From the IMG/VR virus record IMGVR_UViG_3300021960_000017: a stretch of DNA of 64,000 nucleotides. One strand, given 5' to 3'. Source of the stretch: a virus. Lineage: Duplodnaviria; Caudoviricetes. The notes below the pieces were generated by a model. It ran no database searches and was not told where the DNA came from. It was given only the letters and a program-made list of their open reading frames with translations. Shown piece by piece: positions 53,533 to 63,325 of this stretch (position 1 is the first letter of the stretch; each line of letters opens with the position of its first letter). A program made the position numbers and the translations under genes.

Positions 53533-56034
53533 ATGTTTATGGTAGCACCAGTATGGGTAACTCCCCCAGGGACACTAGGCACTATTGTTGAAGAAGAGTT
53601 TTATCAGATTCAACTAGATGCTACAAATGCAGCAACATACGAGCATTTGAGCGGTTTTTTACCAGACGGAATTCGCATTACAATCTATGGGCAATGCGAA
53701 GGTTTTCCAAAAAATATAGATTACATTCAGGGTGTGCCTAAATCAGTAACAACTGACACTGTAAATCAGTTCACTGTTAGAGCTACTAGTGAGGATGGTT
53801 TAGTGGCTGACCGTGTTTTTACTTTAACAGTAACTGGTCCAGACGCTCCCATTATTAATGCACTACCAGCCAGTAACCTAGGTAGTTATTTTGATGGTGA
53901 CCAAATAAATGTTCAACTTACAGCAACAGACGCTGATACAGCAGACACCCAAACATGGAAACTAATATCAGGGGAATTACCTGACGGAGTTACACTTAGT
54001 ACATCAGGACTTTTAAGTGGTTGGATCACTCCTATGCCAACAGAAACTGGGGACAGTGGCTGGGACGAAAATAACTTTGACATTGGAAGTTTTGACTTTA
54101 CTACAGTAAGCACCAATGTAACATACAAGTTTAAGGTGCAGGTTAGCGATAGCGGCGGTCTAACAAGTAGTAAAGAATACACATTATTTGTTGCCAGTAG
54201 AAACACACTAACTGCTGATAGCACGGTATTCACAGCAGACACTTATGCACCTACAGCAAGTTCAACTAGTATTGAGAGTAAGATTACTGCTGATTTAAAT
54301 GATAAAAGAACACCATATTTAAAAACACAACCAGCAGACTTTGGTGAAATTTTACATGACAATTATTACAGTTTCCAGTTTGTTGGTGTAGATTTTGATG
54401 CAGACATTTTAGAATATAGTATAACGACTGGTGCTGGATTAGGGTACGACGCTGATGGAGTAGGATATGATGCAGCAGCATTAGATAGAGGTGATTTAGA
54501 ATTGCCTCCTGGTATGACATTAGATCCTAACTCAGGCTGGCTTACAGGTTACATACCTTCGCAGGCAGCAACTAAAAAAGACTATAAATTTGGTATACAA
54601 GTCCGTAAAAAAAATTATCCAGAGTATATAAGTGACATAACATTTTTTACACTTACAATTATAGGAAATATAGCAGGAACAGTTACTTGGCCAGCAGCAG
54701 ACCTAGGAACTATTGACACTGGAGCAATAAGCGAACTAGATGTTCGTGCAACTATTAGCAATAACAAGAGTGTAAAATACGTTCTTAAAACAACGTATTC
54801 CAATAATCTCCCACAAGGATTGAGATTGGAACAAAATGGACTAATTACAGGCCGTGTAAGTTTTAACCATCTTATGTTTGATACTGGATCTACTAGTTTT
54901 GACAAAAACAGTACACAGGTATCTGAAACAACCTTCGAAAGAAAGCATACATTTACTGTAAGAGTCTTTAGTGACGACCTAACAATAGATACTTTTCAAA
55001 CATTTAATATTGTAATTAAACCAAGCAGTTTTAAACCTTATGAGGCACTTTATGCTAAAGCACTAATAAGCAGTGGACAAAAAGACATTCATAGCATTCT
55101 TATTAACAACAGTGATGATATCGACCCTAACAGTGTTTACAGACTTGGCGATCTAAACTTTGGCATACAGCAAAATATTAGAGCACTTGTTACAAGCGGA
55201 CTTAATCCTGCTCTGTTAACTGATTATGTTGAAGCCATGGCTTATAATCATCACAATAATATTTTAAGATTTGGTGATATTAAAGTTGCTACAGCATATG
55301 AATCCGACGGAACTACAAAAAAGTATGAAGTTGTCTATGTTACACTAGTTGACAAGAGCCTGGGTATAGATCCTACAACTAAACTCCCCAGTGCACCCAA
55401 GCAACAAATCGATTTAGCAAAACAACAGAGTGTAACTGCTATGAGCGGATTTAATAGACGTCTTAGTGTAGACAGTTTGGGGCTAAGTGCTGACAGCGGC
55501 GGGTTTACTGGTGATGAACACAATTACAGATATGCCTATCCAAACAGTATAGAAAATATGCGATCACGCATTAAGGATGGCATAGGATATGCTGTACTAG
55601 AAAGATTAACTTTACCACAGTGGATGCAGGACAAACAAATAGACACTGGCGGCAATATATTAGGTTATACACTTGCGGTGCCATTGGTATTTTGTAAACC
55701 TGGATCTGGCAAAAAAGTTGCATATCTTATTGGCCAACGAATTAGTAGTAGTAATATAGATCTAAAGAAAATAAGTTTTGAAGTTGATAGATTTATTCTT
55801 GATAATAATTTAAGTCAGTACTATAATAAGACTACAGGTGCATGGTCAAGTGCAGGACAAACTACATTTGATGTTGCTACAACTGAAATGACATTAGATG
55901 GAGATGGAACCAGGTTTTTTGCAAATGCAGACCAATATGCAGATCCAGACCAAAATGACCAATATATCAAGTTCCCCAAACGAGACATCTTCCGCTATGA
56001 TCGTGCCAGTTCAGGATTTGAATACAATATTTAA
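53533..56034 (+). CDS. virion structural protein with Ig/cadherin-like repeats
   Basis: PVWVTPPGTLG, GELPDGVTLSTSGLLSG, LPPGMTLD..GWLTG repeats; late TAAATA upstream. Confidence 0.75.
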   Translation: MFMVAPVWVTPPGTLGTIVEEEFYQIQLDATNAATYEHLSGFLPDGIRITIYGQCEGFPKNIDYIQGVPKSVTTDTVNQFTVRATSEDGLVADRVFTLTVTGPDAPIINALPASNLGSYFDGDQINVQLTATDADTADTQTWKLISGELPDGVTLSTSGLLSGWITPMPTETGDSGWDENNFDIGSFDFTTVSTNVTYKFKVQVSDSGGLTSSKEYTLFVASRNTLTADSTVFTADTYAPTASSTSIESKITADLNDKRTPYLKTQPADFGEILHDNYYSFQFVGVDFDADILEYSITTGAGLGYDADGVGYDAAALDRGDLELPPGMTLDPNSGWLTGYIPSQAATKKDYKFGIQVRKKNYPEYISDITFFTLTIIGNIAGTVTWPAADLGTIDTGAISELDVRATISNNKSVKYVLKTTYSNNLPQGLRLEQNGLITGRVSFNHLMFDTGSTSFDKNSTQVSETTFERKHTFTVRVFSDDLTIDTFQTFNIVIKPSSFKPYEALYAKALISSGQKDIHSILINNSDDIDPNSVYRLGDLNFGIQQNIRALVTSGLNPALLTDYVEAMAYNHHNNILRFGDIKVATAYESDGTTKKYEVVYVTLVDKSLGIDPTTKLPSAPKQQIDLAKQQSVTAMSGFNRRLSVDSLGLSADSGGFTGDEHNYRYAYPNSIENMRSRIKDGIGYAVLERLTLPQWMQDKQIDTGGNILGYTLAVPLVFCKPGSGKKVAYLIGQRISSSNIDLKKISFEVDRFILDNNLSQYYNKTTGAWSSAGQTTFDVATTEMTLDGDGTRFFANADQYADPDQNDQYIKFPKRDIFRYDRASSGFEYNI

Positions 56035-56071
56035 TTGATAAATAATAATGTTCCCATGGAGTTAACATAGT

Positions 56072-56803
56072 ATGGCTAGTAATATCAATGCAAATAATAT
56101 AGACGGTACTTATCCTATCGCGGGTCAGGACAACGATAGTCAAGGCTTCAGAGATAATTTTACTAATATCAAAACAAACTTCACAAATGCAAAATCTGAA
56201 ATAGAAGACCTCCAAAGCAAAGTTGTTCTTAAAAGCGCACTTATAGGCACAAGTTTAAGCAATGCCGGCGGTGGCTCTATTATGAGCGATTTCCAACTCC
56301 AGGACATGAGCGAAACCCGTGTGGCAAAGGGAACAACTAGCGGCACAGTAACTATTGAATATACTAGTGGTGGGTATCAGACAGTAACAACTAGCGGAAA
56401 TATTAGTCTTGAGTTTACTAATTTCAGCGCAAGTGGAACACTTAGCAGAGTAAGAGTAGAAATTACAATTGCAAGTGCTAGCCACACAGTGACACTTCCA
56501 AGTGCAGTCACAATTGGCGCTAACACACTACAAGGTATTGTTCCAGCAACCAAAGTTATTACCTTTGATGCTGCTGGTACATACATTTTCGAATTTACGA
56601 CAGATGACTCGGGTACAACTATTGCAGTAAATGATCTTACCCGTAACCGCACCCAAATGGATGTACGCACACCAGCAAACACTGGACAGAGCGGCGATGT
56701 TGCAGGCATGGCAGTAGTTGATAGCAGTTACATTTATGTTTGCACAGGAACATATGATGGATCTACAGTTATCTGGAAGCGTGTAGGTATTAGTGCCTAC
56801 TAA
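56072..56803 (+). CDS. putative virion structural protein
   Basis: YPIAGQDNDSQGFRDNFTNIK N-terminus; C-terminal YIYVC..WKR tail-fibre-like motif. Confidence 0.7.
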   Translation: MASNINANNIDGTYPIAGQDNDSQGFRDNFTNIKTNFTNAKSEIEDLQSKVVLKSALIGTSLSNAGGGSIMSDFQLQDMSETRVAKGTTSGTVTIEYTSGGYQTVTTSGNISLEFTNFSASGTLSRVRVEITIASASHTVTLPSAVTIGANTLQGIVPATKVITFDAAGTYIFEFTTDDSGTTIAVNDLTRNRTQMDVRTPANTGQSGDVAGMAVVDSSYIYVCTGTYDGSTVIWKRVGISAY

Positions 56804-56823
56804 GTTATACTAAGGTATAAACA

Positions 56824-57591
56824 ATGCAAGACGCAGAATTTGTTGTTAGTGCAGCTCAAGGCTGTTTTGGCAATCATTTGAGATGGCTGTTGTTACTTGA
56901 CCCAAAATTTAATTTTAAATTTACTGACTTTAATTTACAACCTAGTAAATTTTATACATATCAAGATATGTATTTCCACAAGTATGGTCATCTAAACTAC
57001 AATGACTTTAAAAATTTAAATCCTGATTCGATAGACCAAAAGTTGTTAACGGATTATGTTAATGATTTTGATTTACCTACACTAGACTTTACTTCAACCG
57101 AATCAAAAATTAAATCTATTGAAAATTATGTATATCCTAAAAGTAGAACTTGGCACAATTGGTTATACTTTGAATTTAAATTTAGGGAGATTATACAATG
57201 TATAACTTTTGACCATTTTATTCCAGATTTTAAATCAAATATAAAATATTTAAGCCTAGTTCCAGACAATGTACATAATGCTTTTAAATGGTATGTAAAG
57301 TGGAATAGTGGCTTAAATGCTATATCTAAAGATGAACTGTTATGGGACATTAATAACTTTAAAAATAATACCGTCAAATCAATGTCTACTAACCCAAATG
57401 TATGTATGTTAAATTCTGATATTTTGTATAATCATACATTAGATAAGGATATATACAAAAAGGCAATTAATCATTTTGGACTATCAGACTGTTATAATCA
57501 AGCAAATTATGTCCATGGTCTTTGGTATGAGTTGCATAAAAACTCAGAAAGACAAATGATAAGTGACTTAAAAGAGTTGTTTGAATTATAA
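56824..57591 (+). CDS. hypothetical protein
   Basis: 255 aa AT-rich ORF with GCFGNHLRWLL. Confidence 0.65.
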   Translation: MQDAEFVVSAAQGCFGNHLRWLLLLDPKFNFKFTDFNLQPSKFYTYQDMYFHKYGHLNYNDFKNLNPDSIDQKLLTDYVNDFDLPTLDFTSTESKIKSIENYVYPKSRTWHNWLYFEFKFREIIQCITFDHFIPDFKSNIKYLSLVPDNVHNAFKWYVKWNSGLNAISKDELLWDINNFKNNTVKSMSTNPNVCMLNSDILYNHTLDKDIYKKAINHFGLSDCYNQANYVHGLWYELHKNSERQMISDLKELFEL

Positions 57592-57617
57592 ATAAGTACA
57601 TAACAGGAAACAAAACA

Positions 57618-57953
57618 ATGAATAATGATGAATTTAGATCACTGCAAAATAAACTAGCAAGCATCCAAGCACTAGGCGACATGCGTTTGTCTACACAACC
57701 AATTGTGGAAGACAAAGAAAATGCAAAAAGCGAACTATTAGCAATTCTTCATCAACTTGAAGATTTAAGCCGTGAAGCTTCTGCTATTATGCAGTCTAAT
57801 TTCCCAAATTCTTATCGCCAAGCTCAAGCATATGGCTCACTACTATTTGGTAAGAGCAAGAATCCATACGATACAACATTTGAACAACTTATTCTAAACC
57901 TAGATCAAGAAGATACAGACTTTGCTGACGACGACTACAGAGAAGAAGACTGA
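57618..57953 (+). CDS. hypothetical protein (late)
   Basis: 111 aa ORF after TAAATA. Confidence 0.7.
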   Translation: MNNDEFRSLQNKLASIQALGDMRLSTQPIVEDKENAKSELLAILHQLEDLSREASAIMQSNFPNSYRQAQAYGSLLFGKSKNPYDTTFEQLILNLDQEDTDFADDDYREED

Positions 57954-57968
57954 GACCTATTATATAAA

Positions 57969-57996
57969 TTGACTTAATGAACTCCTGTAGTATAAT
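57969..57996 (+). promoter_or_regulatory. sigma70-like promoter
   Basis: TTGACT-N16-TATAAT. Confidence 0.65.
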
Positions 57997-58015
57997 AAAC
58001 TATAGGAGTTTTTTA

Positions 58016-58420
58016 ATGACGCAAATCGACTTGAACAAGTATGCAGTATTTGTGACTGCTGTTACCAGCAACGAAAGTAAAAACAGTGCCGCTCTCGAGG
58101 CTAGCATCCGTGAATTGTCCAAACATGTTATTGTACCGCGGTTGCTTACAGCAAGTATTGGTCTAGCAAGTGAGACCGGTGAATTTAGCGAAATTGTGAA
58201 AAAGTGTTTATTTCAAGGCAAACCTGTAAATGAGGAAACATTATTTCACATGAAGCGTGAGTTGGGTGATATTATCTGGTATTGGATTCAGGGATGCTAT
58301 GCATTGAACCTAGATCCTAACGATGTAATTGCAGAGAATGTAAATAAACTGAAAGCCCGTTATCCAGGCGGAGAATTCGACGCTTATTACAGCGAAAACA
58401 GAAAAGATGGAGATCTATGA
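58016..58420 (+). CDS. MazG-like nucleotide pyrophosphohydrolase
   Basis: GLASETGEFSEIVKK, RELGDIIWY, NVNKLKARYP. Confidence 0.9.
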   Translation: MTQIDLNKYAVFVTAVTSNESKNSAALEASIRELSKHVIVPRLLTASIGLASETGEFSEIVKKCLFQGKPVNEETLFHMKRELGDIIWYWIQGCYALNLDPNDVIAENVNKLKARYPGGEFDAYYSENRKDGDL

Positions 58421-58845
58421 AAGTACTAATTTACGGATTACCCGGTGCTGGTAAAAGCACCCTTGCAGAACCTTTCGCTAAACTAATTGGTGGTGTTTGG
58501 ATCAATGCAGATAAAGTTAGAGAACGATATAATGACTGGGACTTTAGCCCAGAGGGTAGAATTCGTCAAGCACAACGCATGCGTCATCTGGCAGATGGTG
58601 TAGTAATGGCTGGCAAAACTGCTGTTGCTGATTTTGTTTGCCCAACAGAACGAGCTCGTAAAGAGTTCGGTGCAGACTTTACTGTATGGATGGATACTAT
58701 AGAAGCTGGCAGATTTGAAGATACTAATGCAATGTTTGAAAAGCCAGCCAAAGTAGACTACCATGTTAAGGCTTGGTTCGATGACACCCCGCAACAACTA
58801 ATAGATGTTGTTAAAGTATGGATGGAGAGAAACGATGAGCTTTGA
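58417..58845 (+). CDS. adenylylsulfate kinase-like P-loop kinase
   Basis: GLPGAGKST, INADKVR, DFSPEGRIRQ, FEKP. Confidence 0.8.
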   Translation: MKVLIYGLPGAGKSTLAEPFAKLIGGVWINADKVRERYNDWDFSPEGRIRQAQRMRHLADGVVMAGKTAVADFVCPTERARKEFGADFTVWMDTIEAGRFEDTNAMFEKPAKVDYHVKAWFDDTPQQLIDVVKVWMERNDEL

Positions 58846-59308
58846 CTTCCAAAAACCAACCGTCCAAATGCTGGGCCGCTGGCAACCCTGGCACGATGGA
58901 CATACGGCTCTGTTTAAGAAAGCATTAGCTATAACAGGTCAAGTATGTATCATGGTGCGAGATGTAGGTGGTATTGTTGGTTCTGATGCCGGTGCCGGGC
59001 GCACCGCAACCGTACAAAGTGATAATCCTTTTGATTTTAAAACTGTAGTTGAGAACATTAAAATTGGTTTAGGCAAACATGGTTTTGCCTATTATGAAGA
59101 ATATACAGTTATGCTAGTGCCTAATATTGTTGATATTAGTTATGGTCGCGGAGTAGGTTATACATTTACTGAACATGATCTAGGCGCAGCCGTACACGAT
59201 ATTAGTGCAACAAAGATTCGTGCTCGGATGCGTGAAGAAGGTACTCTTGCTAAAGTAGAAACACTACAAGTTGATCATGTAGCTGTAGTTGGCGGTGCTA
59301 ACGATTAG
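58835..59308 (+). CDS. cytidylyltransferase-superfamily (HxGH) nucleotidyltransferase
   Basis: LGRWQPWHDGH, YGRGVGY, ISATKIR. Confidence 0.85.
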   Translation: MSFDFQKPTVQMLGRWQPWHDGHTALFKKALAITGQVCIMVRDVGGIVGSDAGAGRTATVQSDNPFDFKTVVENIKIGLGKHGFAYYEEYTVMLVPNIVDISYGRGVGYTFTEHDLGAAVHDISATKIRARMREEGTLAKVETLQVDHVAVVGGAND

Positions 59309-59316
59309 GAAATGTT

Positions 59317-59562
59317 ATGCATCCACTAGCACCAAACTTTTCAGACATGTCAGACGCTGATTTAAATGAAAATATTAAAAAACTTCAAACTAGGTTAAGT
59401 CATGCTTATAGAACTAGTTCTAGTGTGGTGCCTCAAATTCAAATGTTATTGCAAGATTACATTGAAGAACGTGGACGCAGAGATAAAGAATCATTAGATA
59501 AACTCATGCAAAAAAGCAAGGACTCAGGAAATGACTGGGACGACATTATTGACATTGGATAA
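59317..59562 (+). CDS. hypothetical protein
   Basis: 81 aa ORF. Confidence 0.7.
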   Translation: MHPLAPNFSDMSDADLNENIKKLQTRLSHAYRTSSSVVPQIQMLLQDYIEERGRRDKESLDKLMQKSKDSGNDWDDIIDIG

Positions 59563-59565
59563 GTC

Positions 59566-60192
59566 ATGATTACACTTAAACATAAATTTTTAGCTACTAT
59601 AATTATTGATGGACAAATTCTTCCCAACAGTTGGGACCTAAACATAGACATGGTTCCTAATCCTAGTGAGTCTACTCACGATATTAGTGTAGTTACTGAT
59701 CGTGTAAATGTTTGGATAGAAAGTATGCTAGACAACAGTATGCTTGTTGGGCCTGGCGATATGCATTTGTTAAAAGAAATGGAATGTCCATTTAGCATAG
59801 GTGTTCATCCATTGCCTGATGAACCCTACGATAGAATGATTGCAATTTGCTTATACACCAAGTTAAGTGCTATAATGGAAAAAAAGATGTTTATTAATAG
59901 CATCTGGTTAGAAAGTTATCAAAGTGAAGGCATCAGCCACACTTACACTAGTGAAGAAGGCGACGGCGATTTACTCAAGGCTCTAGCAGAACCTGGCAAT
60001 GAAGAGTTTGCAAGTTATTGGTACAGAAAAGATCCAGTATTCTTTAGAGTAGACGCAGATGGTATGGAACTAAAAGAACAAACCTGGGGAGAACTAGGGC
60101 TGGCATTGAAGTCTGAAGAAGATGGCAAAGTTATTCCAATGCGGTTCAAGCCAAGAATAATTCCTGGTGACAAGGGAGATGATATTGCTTAG
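59566..60192 (+). CDS. hypothetical protein
   Basis: 208 aa ORF. Confidence 0.75.
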   Translation: MITLKHKFLATIIIDGQILPNSWDLNIDMVPNPSESTHDISVVTDRVNVWIESMLDNSMLVGPGDMHLLKEMECPFSIGVHPLPDEPYDRMIAICLYTKLSAIMEKKMFINSIWLESYQSEGISHTYTSEEGDGDLLKALAEPGNEEFASYWYRKDPVFFRVDADGMELKEQTWGELGLALKSEEDGKVIPMRFKPRIIPGDKGDDIA

Positions 60193-60697
60193 TCTAGACA
60201 GTTATGGCAGACAAGTTTATAAAGAGCAGGATGCTATAAATTTACTGTATAGAAATCCAAATGTGGACTTACAGAGTCTAAACATAAAAGATGTAGAACA
60301 ATTTAATCGCGCAAGTGAAATACTGTACGCTGGTTATAGACTAGAGAAGACAGCAGATTTGGATTGTACACCTGTAGAATATCATAAACAAAACCAACAA
60401 AACTGGCATATGCCACAAGAATATAAAGATCTAGATATAGCAAAATGGTGTTTAGATCGTTGTACACACGCAGAACAGTTGCAAAGAGTTGGAACTGAAC
60501 TATTACTGTATCAAGAACGGGACTTATTTCCCCTATTACAATTCCTACTTTATATGGTTGACACCATGCGAGCAAATAGTATAATATGGGGAGTAGGACG
60601 TGGTAGTAGTGTAGCAAGTTATGTATTGTATCTTATCGGAGTACACAAAGTAGACAGTTTGTATTACGATTTAGATATCACAGAATTTTTACGATAA
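60179..60697 (+). CDS. DNA polymerase III alpha (DnaE) palm-region fragment
   Basis: WGVGRGSSVASYVLYLIGVHKVD..YDLDITEFLR. Confidence 0.8.
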   Translation: MILLSLDSYGRQVYKEQDAINLLYRNPNVDLQSLNIKDVEQFNRASEILYAGYRLEKTADLDCTPVEYHKQNQQNWHMPQEYKDLDIAKWCLDRCTHAEQLQRVGTELLLYQERDLFPLLQFLLYMVDTMRANSIIWGVGRGSSVASYVLYLIGVHKVDSLYYDLDITEFLR

Positions 60698-60725
60698 ATA
60701 TATGCGTATATTATAGGAGTTAATT

Positions 60726-61190
60726 ATGGCAAAAAGAACATATCGATCAGCAAACGGAAAAATAGTTGATTTTGGCGGCTTGTTAAGTCAAAACGAAACT
60801 GTTCCTGCCCTGGGCAATATGAATGTAAATGCAAGAGGAGACGAAATTACTCCAGACGGCACAATTACAAGAACTCGCGAACAAGTTATGCGTGAGTATC
60901 ATCAAATGAGCAATGCTCAAGTGCCACAGGATGATCGCATACCTGAAAGTGCTGATGATACCTGGAGTGACTGGGAACCACGAGTAGAACCAGAACTAGT
61001 CAAAACTAGCGAGCCTGCTGTAGAAGATGTAGCAGATGAGCCAGTTACTGAAGCAGCACCAAAACCAGCGGCTGCTGAGCCTAGGCCAAGTGCTGGACTT
61101 GCTAGTGCAGTAGCAGCAGCGAGAACAGTTACACCAACTGTAACTACAAAACCCGACGCAAAAACAACCGCAGGAGTAACCAGATTATAA
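60726..61190 (+). CDS. hypothetical protein with Pro/Ala/Thr-rich tail
   Basis: GNMNVNARGD motif; late promoter upstream. Confidence 0.7.
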   Translation: MAKRTYRSANGKIVDFGGLLSQNETVPALGNMNVNARGDEITPDGTITRTREQVMREYHQMSNAQVPQDDRIPESADDTWSDWEPRVEPELVKTSEPAVEDVADEPVTEAAPKPAAAEPRPSAGLASAVAAARTVTPTVTTKPDAKTTAGVTRL

Positions 61191-61191
61191 T

Positions 61192-61554
61192 ATGCCAATA
61201 TCAATTACAAATGTAACAGGAACATTTAAGCCATTACATGCTGGCGTTCTTGTAAGACAGATGAAATTCGATCAAATTACCACCAGTGGTGGAATTATTA
61301 TTCCTGGCGATGATGGAGAGCTTAGAGGCATTCATCCACGCTGGGCAGAAGTTATTGCTATTGGTCCAGAGCAGACTGATGTAGTAATTGGCCAATGGGT
61401 ATTAGTAGCACATGGTCGCTGGAGTAGGGGATTTACTCTCAATGGCGAAACATGTAGAACTGTAGACCCCAAGGACATATTAGGCGTAAGCGACGAAAAG
61501 CCTGTGGAAGATTTTGCACCTCCAACTATGGGACATGCGAGAGATGAGCACTGA
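61192..61554 (+). CDS. groES: co-chaperonin GroES-like
   Basis: FKPLHAGVLV, TTSGGIIIP, VIAIGP, DILGV. Confidence 0.85.
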   Translation: MPISITNVTGTFKPLHAGVLVRQMKFDQITTSGGIIIPGDDGELRGIHPRWAEVIAIGPEQTDVVIGQWVLVAHGRWSRGFTLNGETCRTVDPKDILGVSDEKPVEDFAPPTMGHARDEH

Positions 61555-61643
61555 AGAAATTCTTAAACACAATGTAAGAGAATTACAAGAGCAACTCCAA
61601 AAAGCATATATTAGAATTAAAGAACTAAACGAAGAATTAGAAC

Positions 61644-62411
61644 TTGAGAGAAACAAAACTCGTTAATACCAGACATGGTAACATGTTTATTTACAGTAAT
61701 GATCCAACTATCGGCAAGAGTTTGGAGCATTATGGCGAGTATTGCTATCCTGAAATAGAATTGTTATTGCCATTTTTAAACTCTGAAAGTTTTGTAATAG
61801 ACATTGGGGCTAATATCGGCACTCATACAGTTGCACTTGCACCACATGTAAGCAGACTAGTAGCCTTTGAGCCTGATCCTGAAAATCTAGATTTATTACA
61901 AAAAAATTGTGCTATGCAAGATAGCAAGGTAGCCAAGCGAATTAGTGTTAATCCTTTTGCTCTTAGCAATGAACAATTAATGGTTTCTACACAATTTGAT
62001 TATGGAAAGACTAAAATAGTTCCTGGTGGCGATATTGTTACGGTGCCATTGGACGATATCAAAGGCTTCCCTCGTATTGATTTGATTAAGATAGATGTTG
62101 AGGGTATGGAATACAATGTACTGCTTGGTGCTAAAAATACACTAATGTATTTTAGGCCAATACTGTTTATTGAAATGCAAGATGCCAGTATGAACAGCCT
62201 TGTGTTTGACTTTTTGGACAGTTTAGGCTATAATATGTTTTGGGCTCCATGTGCTACATATAATCCAAATAATCACAAAGGTAACACTGAAGATATATTT
62301 GGCAAGCAGCATGGCGTCCTCAACTGGCTTTGTACACCATATCAGGTTAGTACCGGGCTAGTGCCAGTAACAGACAGAACAGACACTATAGAGAAAGCAG
62401 TGCTTAGATGA
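61644..62411 (+). CDS. FkbM-family methyltransferase
   Basis: VIDIGANIG, AFEP, LIKIDVEGME. Confidence 0.92.
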   Translation: MRETKLVNTRHGNMFIYSNDPTIGKSLEHYGEYCYPEIELLLPFLNSESFVIDIGANIGTHTVALAPHVSRLVAFEPDPENLDLLQKNCAMQDSKVAKRISVNPFALSNEQLMVSTQFDYGKTKIVPGGDIVTVPLDDIKGFPRIDLIKIDVEGMEYNVLLGAKNTLMYFRPILFIEMQDASMNSLVFDFLDSLGYNMFWAPCATYNPNNHKGNTEDIFGKQHGVLNWLCTPYQVSTGLVPVTDRTDTIEKAVLR

Positions 62412-63325
62412 AAGAACTTTGGACAGAGAAGTACAGGCCAGACAATCTAGAAGGGTATGTGTTTAGAGATGATGCTCAAAAGCACCAGGTAGAAGGCTGG
62501 ATCAAAGCAGGTGCTATTCCACACTTGCTGTTTAGCGGTGCACCTGGCGTGGGCAAGACTACGCTAGCAAAGATTCTTATCAAACAACTACAAGTAAACG
62601 ATCTGGATGTGTTAGAGATTAATGCAAGCCGTGAGAATAGTGTTGACGCTGTTAGGGAAAAGATTACCAACTTCGTAGCAACTATGCCCTTTGGTGACTT
62701 TAAAGTTGTGCTACTTGATGAAGCAGACTATATCAGTCCAAACGGACAGGCAGCATTGCGTGGTGTTATGGAAACCTATTCAAGCACTGCAAGGTTTATC
62801 CTAACTTGTAACTATCCAAACAAAGTTATTCCTGCACTGCATAGCAGATGCCAGGGCTTTCACATTGAGAAGATTGATACAACAGAGTTTACTGCTCGCA
62901 TTGCAACAGTGCTCGTAACAGAAGGCGTGGAAATTGATATTGATACACTGGACAGTTATGTAAAGGCTACCTATCCAGACTTGCGTAAGTGTATCAATCT
63001 TGTACAGATGAACACTGTAGACGGCAAACTAGTACGCCCGCAGGAATCAGACAGTGCAATGGCTGACTATAGGCTGGCAGTTGTAGACCTGTTTAAGGAA
63101 GGTAAACTACTTGAGGCTCGCAAACTCCTATGTAGCCAGGTTCGTGCAGATGAAATGGATGAACTGTTCCGCTGGATGTATGACAATCTGGAACTGTGGA
63201 GTAGCACACAAGAAGGACAGGATCAGGCAGTGTTGATTATTGCAAAAGGGTTGCGTAACATTCCGCTTGTAGCAGATCAAGAGATTAACTTGGCTGCTAC
63301 TCTTGTTGAACTATGTCAGATATAA
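62408..63325 (+). CDS. sliding-clamp loader subunit (RFC/gp44-like AAA+)
   Basis: WTEKYRP, PHLLFSGAPGVGKTT, EINAS, LLDEAD, SRC. Confidence 0.95.
   Translation: MKELWTEKYRPDNLEGYVFRDDAQKHQVEGWIKAGAIPHLLFSGAPGVGKTTLAKILIKQLQVNDLDVLEINASRENSVDAVREKITNFVATMPFGDFKVVLLDEADYISPNGQAALRGVMETYSSTARFILTCNYPNKVIPALHSRCQGFHIEKIDTTEFTARIATVLVTEGVEIDIDTLDSYVKATYPDLRKCINLVQMNTVDGKLVRPQESDSAMADYRLAVVDLFKEGKLLEARKLLCSQVRADEMDELFRWMYDNLELWSSTQEGQDQAVLIIAKGLRNIPLVADQEINLAATLVELCQI

Noticed and set aside
797-62670. Numerous antisense or alternate-frame ORFs in the track (e.g. 6807-7163, 7170-7742, 8773-9318, 16295-16738, 35980-36585, 53913-54242)
   Set aside because: They lie fully within well-supported genes, lack RBSs or motifs, and have shadow-ORF composition
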